NCBI GenBank assembly: GCA_051294905.1
Contig: CM119371.1
Location: 38,752,001 to 38,816,000 of the forward strand
Origin: Botryllus schlosseri
Lineage: Eukaryota
DNA length: 64,000 nt
Reading direction: 5' to 3'
Below the pieces are notes generated by a model. The model did not search any database. It saw only the letters and a list, made by a program, of their open reading frames with translations, and had not been told where the DNA came from. Each line of letters starts with the position of its first letter. The stretch's first letter is position 1. Shown here piece after piece: positions 59,605 to 64,000 of this stretch. The position numbers and the translations under genes are program-made.

Positions 59605-60778
59605 CGCTACACTATATCGTCACGTTTATACGCGTTGAGGAACTCATGAATTAACGAAGGGCATAAATATGATATGCTCATCAAATCATTTCCGCCATCT
59701 AACGACAAGCTATATTTGCGCAGAATTGATTTGGCCAACGACGACGACAAAGGATCTGACGACGACAACGGGGACGCAAATTCCGGTTTGTAGAATGAAC
59801 ATTCGAACCCGCGATTCTGGTCGATCGGAATAAGTTTTTCACCTCTTACTTTGCGATCACGTCCCACATTAATACAATACAGTCGACTACGCTCTACTCG
59901 CATTCAAGTTAACTCTGAAAAGCACTTTATTCAGCGAAAATGCGCGAAAAAAATCCCGAAACGATTTCTGCGCTTCGCGCCATTTGCTGTATCGGGCGTC
60001 GATAATTATCAAGTCTTGTCACGATTTCAAACGATCCCATACCAAGTTTGCATACCTAATCTTGCCCTCACGCCAGACAATAATTTGTACCAAACTGATC
60101 TCGGTAACAACTTGTGATCAAGCAAAAATAGTAGCTTTCAGCACTTTTGAGTTGCGGTCGATATAACGAGGTAGTACGTAGGGTGGGCTCAGTATAATTT
60201 TCGAAATGGTACAAGCATACAAAAAGTTTGGGAAGCATTGGAATAAAGTTACTCTTTAGGGGTGATTGACCATTGAACAAGCATTTGGAGTGAATTTGAC
60301 CACTACAGTTACGTACTCACGAACAAATATACTAAGCGGGACGACGACCTTAAACCGTCTACATACCGTCACAAAACCACCGTGGTTCGTGAGACGCAGT
60401 TAATTAATAATAACTGCTGACGATCAAAAACTACATCAAATATTTCTTCATTTCATTGCGTTGAGTCCAATGTATCGCATTGCACATTGGGTGTCATGAG
60501 CGAATTAATTGATAGAGCCGATGGTTGTTAAATTATAGAAATATCATGTTTCCGGGCAGATTTCTCGTCGCCTATGCTTTTTGTACGTTGTAGCATGCTA
60601 CTCGTGATTATATTTATTTCTTGAGTATACTATATATACACAGCTCATCAGTCTGAATGCGAGAAAGGAAATATTGATCGAAAACATGGAATGGTTGCCA
60701 TTGTGACGTAACAGCCACAAAAATCGTCCCAGAAATTTACTTCATCCATTTTATTATCCCGTCTTATATTTCGCCATC

Positions 60779-61498
60779 ATGGAAGGATTTCAGATGCAGC
60801 CGGGTTTCGGCCAAGTCCAAGGGCCGCCGCCCACCACCGCTCTTGATTACCTCAGCACTTTAGACGAAATAAGGATTAACCAGAAGATCGATGTAGCCGA
60901 GGTAGTCACCGGTATCGACATGCGTAACCGATACTCTGTGGAAAACGCGGCCGGACAGCAAGTCCTGTTTTGCTCCGAGGAATCAGGAATTTGTCAGAGA
61001 ATGTGTTGCAAAGAACACAGAGGTTTTATAGTTCACGTCGCTGACGTGACAGGGTTAGAAGTTTTGACTTTGACCCGCGAGTTCAAGTGTTGTATATTTC
61101 CGTGCTGCGCCGATCCTACCGGACGATACGCGTTACAAGTCACCGCACAAGGCATCAAGATCGGAACTATTCGCCAAGCCCAACAATGCTGTCCGTTCCC
61201 TCCTAAACTCACCGTGGAATCTTCGACAGGGCAGGAGCTGTTTCACATGGAAGGACCCACTTGCGTCTGTCATGGGCCGTGCTGTTACGCGGACGTGCCA
61301 TTTAACGTTTATAGTTCGGGCGGTTTGAATCCGGTGGCCACGATATCTAGAACTCACGCCGGGTTCGTTCAAGAATGTCTGACCAAAGCGAATAACTTCA
61401 GAGTCGTTTTCTTGCAGGGAGTAGACAAGAGCTCGAAAGTACTTCTGTTTGCGGCTACGTTTCTTATCGATATGATGTTCTTCGAACACGATAAATGA
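60779..61498 (+). CDS. Phospholipid scramblase family protein (PLSCR-like), intronless
   Basis: LDYLSTLDEIRINQKID.AEVVTG.D.RNRY, EES..CQR.CC...RGF, Cys-rich FKCCIFPCC, IGTIRQ, GP.C.C, ANNF.V.F and K.LL.AATFLIDMMFFE match the scramblase domain. Kozak-like atcATGG. Confidence 0.9.
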   Translation: MEGFQMQPGFGQVQGPPPTTALDYLSTLDEIRINQKIDVAEVVTGIDMRNRYSVENAAGQQVLFCSEESGICQRMCCKEHRGFIVHVADVTGLEVLTLTREFKCCIFPCCADPTGRYALQVTAQGIKIGTIRQAQQCCPFPPKLTVESSTGQELFHMEGPTCVCHGPCCYADVPFNVYSSGGLNPVATISRTHAGFVQECLTKANNFRVVFLQGVDKSSKVLLFAATFLIDMMFFEHDK

Positions 61499-61705
61499 AA
61501 CCAAAGTGCGTGGATGTAGTGGAACAACAATTTGCGCATCACGGTAGCTGTAGGCACACAGTTGAACAACTCGCAAATGTTCAGCTTTTTTCAAAAATTA
61601 GCTAAGGATTTGGATTGGTGCTCCTCATTTATTGTCAGCATTGGATTCAAATTAGAATTCATGAATTTGCAATTAATTTAGAATTTAATCTCATCCAGGA
61701 TCAGA

Positions 61706-61741
61706 ACAATAACTACAACAACAACAACAACTATAATAATT
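61706..61741 (+). repeat. (AAC/AAT)n microsatellite
   Basis: aacaataactacaacaacaacaacaactataataat. Confidence 0.7.
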
Positions 61742-64000
61742 CAGTCCCAAGTTCTGTCAAACCTGATTTCATTCTCATAAGAACGAGAATGGCAGATTAC
61801 TGTGCACCAAGCTTGGCTGTTTTAGCACTATAAAGCTCTCCTGCATCATTTTAACGAGCACAATAACTTGAATTAGTTTCCAATTCAGTGCATAGAGATA
61901 TTTCATAATTTAAATTATTATTATACTACCAGCATTTCGCTATGAATAATCTTATTAGATAATTAGAAATCTAGTTGTCCAAGTATTGCTGAAGCGAAGA
62001 TTAAGCGAAATATTTCACGTTTCACCGAGTTCGCCGTGCGTCAGAGTCTTTTGATTTGAATAGGCTCTTCCCATCTATCGCTACATGCGTCTGATCGTTT
62101 GCGTGGAAAGGAGAAAGCTATCATTGGCCGTGTATAAACAGAGCTGGTCAATGACGAAATACTCCCACTAATTCTGATTACTCGACTCGATTTTTTCTGA
62201 TTGTTGTATAGAAGTTAGTATGATTGTAACATACTCGCACTTTGACCTGAATAATTTTTAGAAACAACTATAGTTTTCTTTTTAATTTATAGTTTGCAAT
62301 GCATAAGTATTTATGGGGAAAAATAGCATCATTTTTACGAATGAATTGGCCATGAGAACGGCATGGAACGGCCATCACGGTAGCTGCAAAATATATATAT
62401 GCAGATTATTGTGGGTTTTGTTTGTATGTTGTCATTGGCCATTTAGCGTTAGTCGCAAATATGAATCTTGCTATTTCGAACCTCTCATTAACTGCGAAGA
62501 GTACGGGAACCCCCGACCGTGCCTACTTTTGAAATTACCTATTTGAGTACCTCCCTAACTCTCATTTTGTAATTACACTGAAAGTAGTTTAAACATATCT
62601 TGGTAATTTCAGTTTCAGACTGTAATTTAGTAGGGATTTCAGGGATTACTTCTACATCTGATTGGCACGACCGATTACCTTGACTTTCTATTGCATTAAT
62701 CAGAGTAATATTGTTTTGGTTTAGATTGTATTTCGCTGGTATGTGTATTTAATATATCGTATCGTGACTTTATTAAGAGTTTTGCACGAGGAATTTGTTA
62801 TTGTTTTATGGCTGGGAATTAATATCATCAAAAACGTACTTCATTCAAGACTACGCATCCTTGATTTATAACTAACCATATACAACTAACAGCGTGTGGT
62901 TGTTTAACCAGAATAGGCTTCAGGATTCTGCGGTTGAAGGCTTTTAATTCTACCTGTGGACTACACCAGAAGACAATGTTAACTATTAACTTGCTTTTAT
63001 TCGAAGAAAACTATTGGCACAGAATAAGAATGTATACACATCGTACTACCGAAATTACAGCAATTGTATCATAATGTATGCAATTAAAACATGTCACTAG
63101 ATGGCGCGTAGCGAGATCAACTACAGAATTCCATTCCGACCCTAAGAGGTTTATTTAGGCTACAATCCACTCATGCGGTATCTTACAAAAGTCTAAAACG
63201 TAAATGGACCATGCTACAATTATGCAGAATAGGAGCAGCCAGTAGTAATACGGGCATGGTGTAATGTAACCGTAAAAGGACCATAGATAACAAATTACCA
63301 TCGCTACTAAGATAACATGAACACTGAACAGCCAGCCTATTTATGTTGTATATATCTGATTCTACCCAATCCAATATGTGTTAGCATATAATAATGTCCA
63401 GTCAACAGTATCCGCCAACCGACCTTCGTTCATAGGGGGGCCTGAGAAATACGTAGAACTGATGTTTCAAATAAGTGCATTACGTCGTAAGCGAATTTGC
63501 TATGCCCATGTGCCTTTTCTCAAATTGCAAATGAGTGAATCGCCAGAGATGCAATATCATCATTTACATTATCGTGGTTGAGCTGATTACCTACAATTCA
63601 AATCAGGGACAATCATGCCATCCAATCCGCTCACAGATATTACCCACACAGATCGAAGCCAAACTATTTCATAATTGGTTCCGGTGAGTAAAATTATTCG
63701 TAGTAAGTTATAAAAGTTTGACACGTCCAGCAAAATCCGCGAAAGCCGTGATATAGGCTGCTAATCCAACTAGTGCAAAAGGTAAGCATTTAGAAATATA
63801 ATAATCATAATGACCAAAATCGCGTACTAATAAACCGTCGATACCATAGTGTTCGTATTTTGTTCGCTCTCTTCTTCCACGGAGTTCATGCCGACTGACT
63901 TGAGTTTAGCCCGAACAATAGCGTGAAAGGATGGGGGGTAAACGTTGTAGGAACTGTAGCTCGGACGGCAGAAGGTGAACGACTGAGTCCGCACGGCGGG

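Overview
This is eukaryotic, AT-rich animal DNA with GT-AG introns and dense transposon content. It is not prokaryotic: there are no operons and no CRISPR array. A marine invertebrate such as a tunicate is plausible but is only an inference. Genes from 5' to 3': (1) 3' exons of two tandem trypsin-fold genes whose catalytic Ser is replaced (GDIGGP, GDMGGP). (2) A tandem family of helicase-less mini-ATRX genes: an intact copy (ADD zinc finger, helical segment, PxVxL HP1-type motif, hydrophobic tail) at 11170-12195, a decayed copy at 16734-17578, and an ADD-less third piece at 27468-28112. (3) A minus-strand thrombospondin type-1 (TSP1) repeat gene, one exon of which lies inside an apparent hAT-type MITE. 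(4) An intronless phospholipid scramblase at 60779-61498. Intergenic DNA holds many hAT-type non-autonomous elements with checkable 8-bp target-site duplications (several nested), a hAT-like transposase relic, tRNA-derived SINEs, a young 5'-truncated CR1/L2-group LINE with an intact RT frame, and a 3-kb foldback structure carrying a 176-bp satellite. The best candidates for undescribed biology are the mini-ATRX family and the MITE-enclosed TSP1 exon. All alignments were done by eye, so boundaries without a quoted TSD or splice site are approximate.
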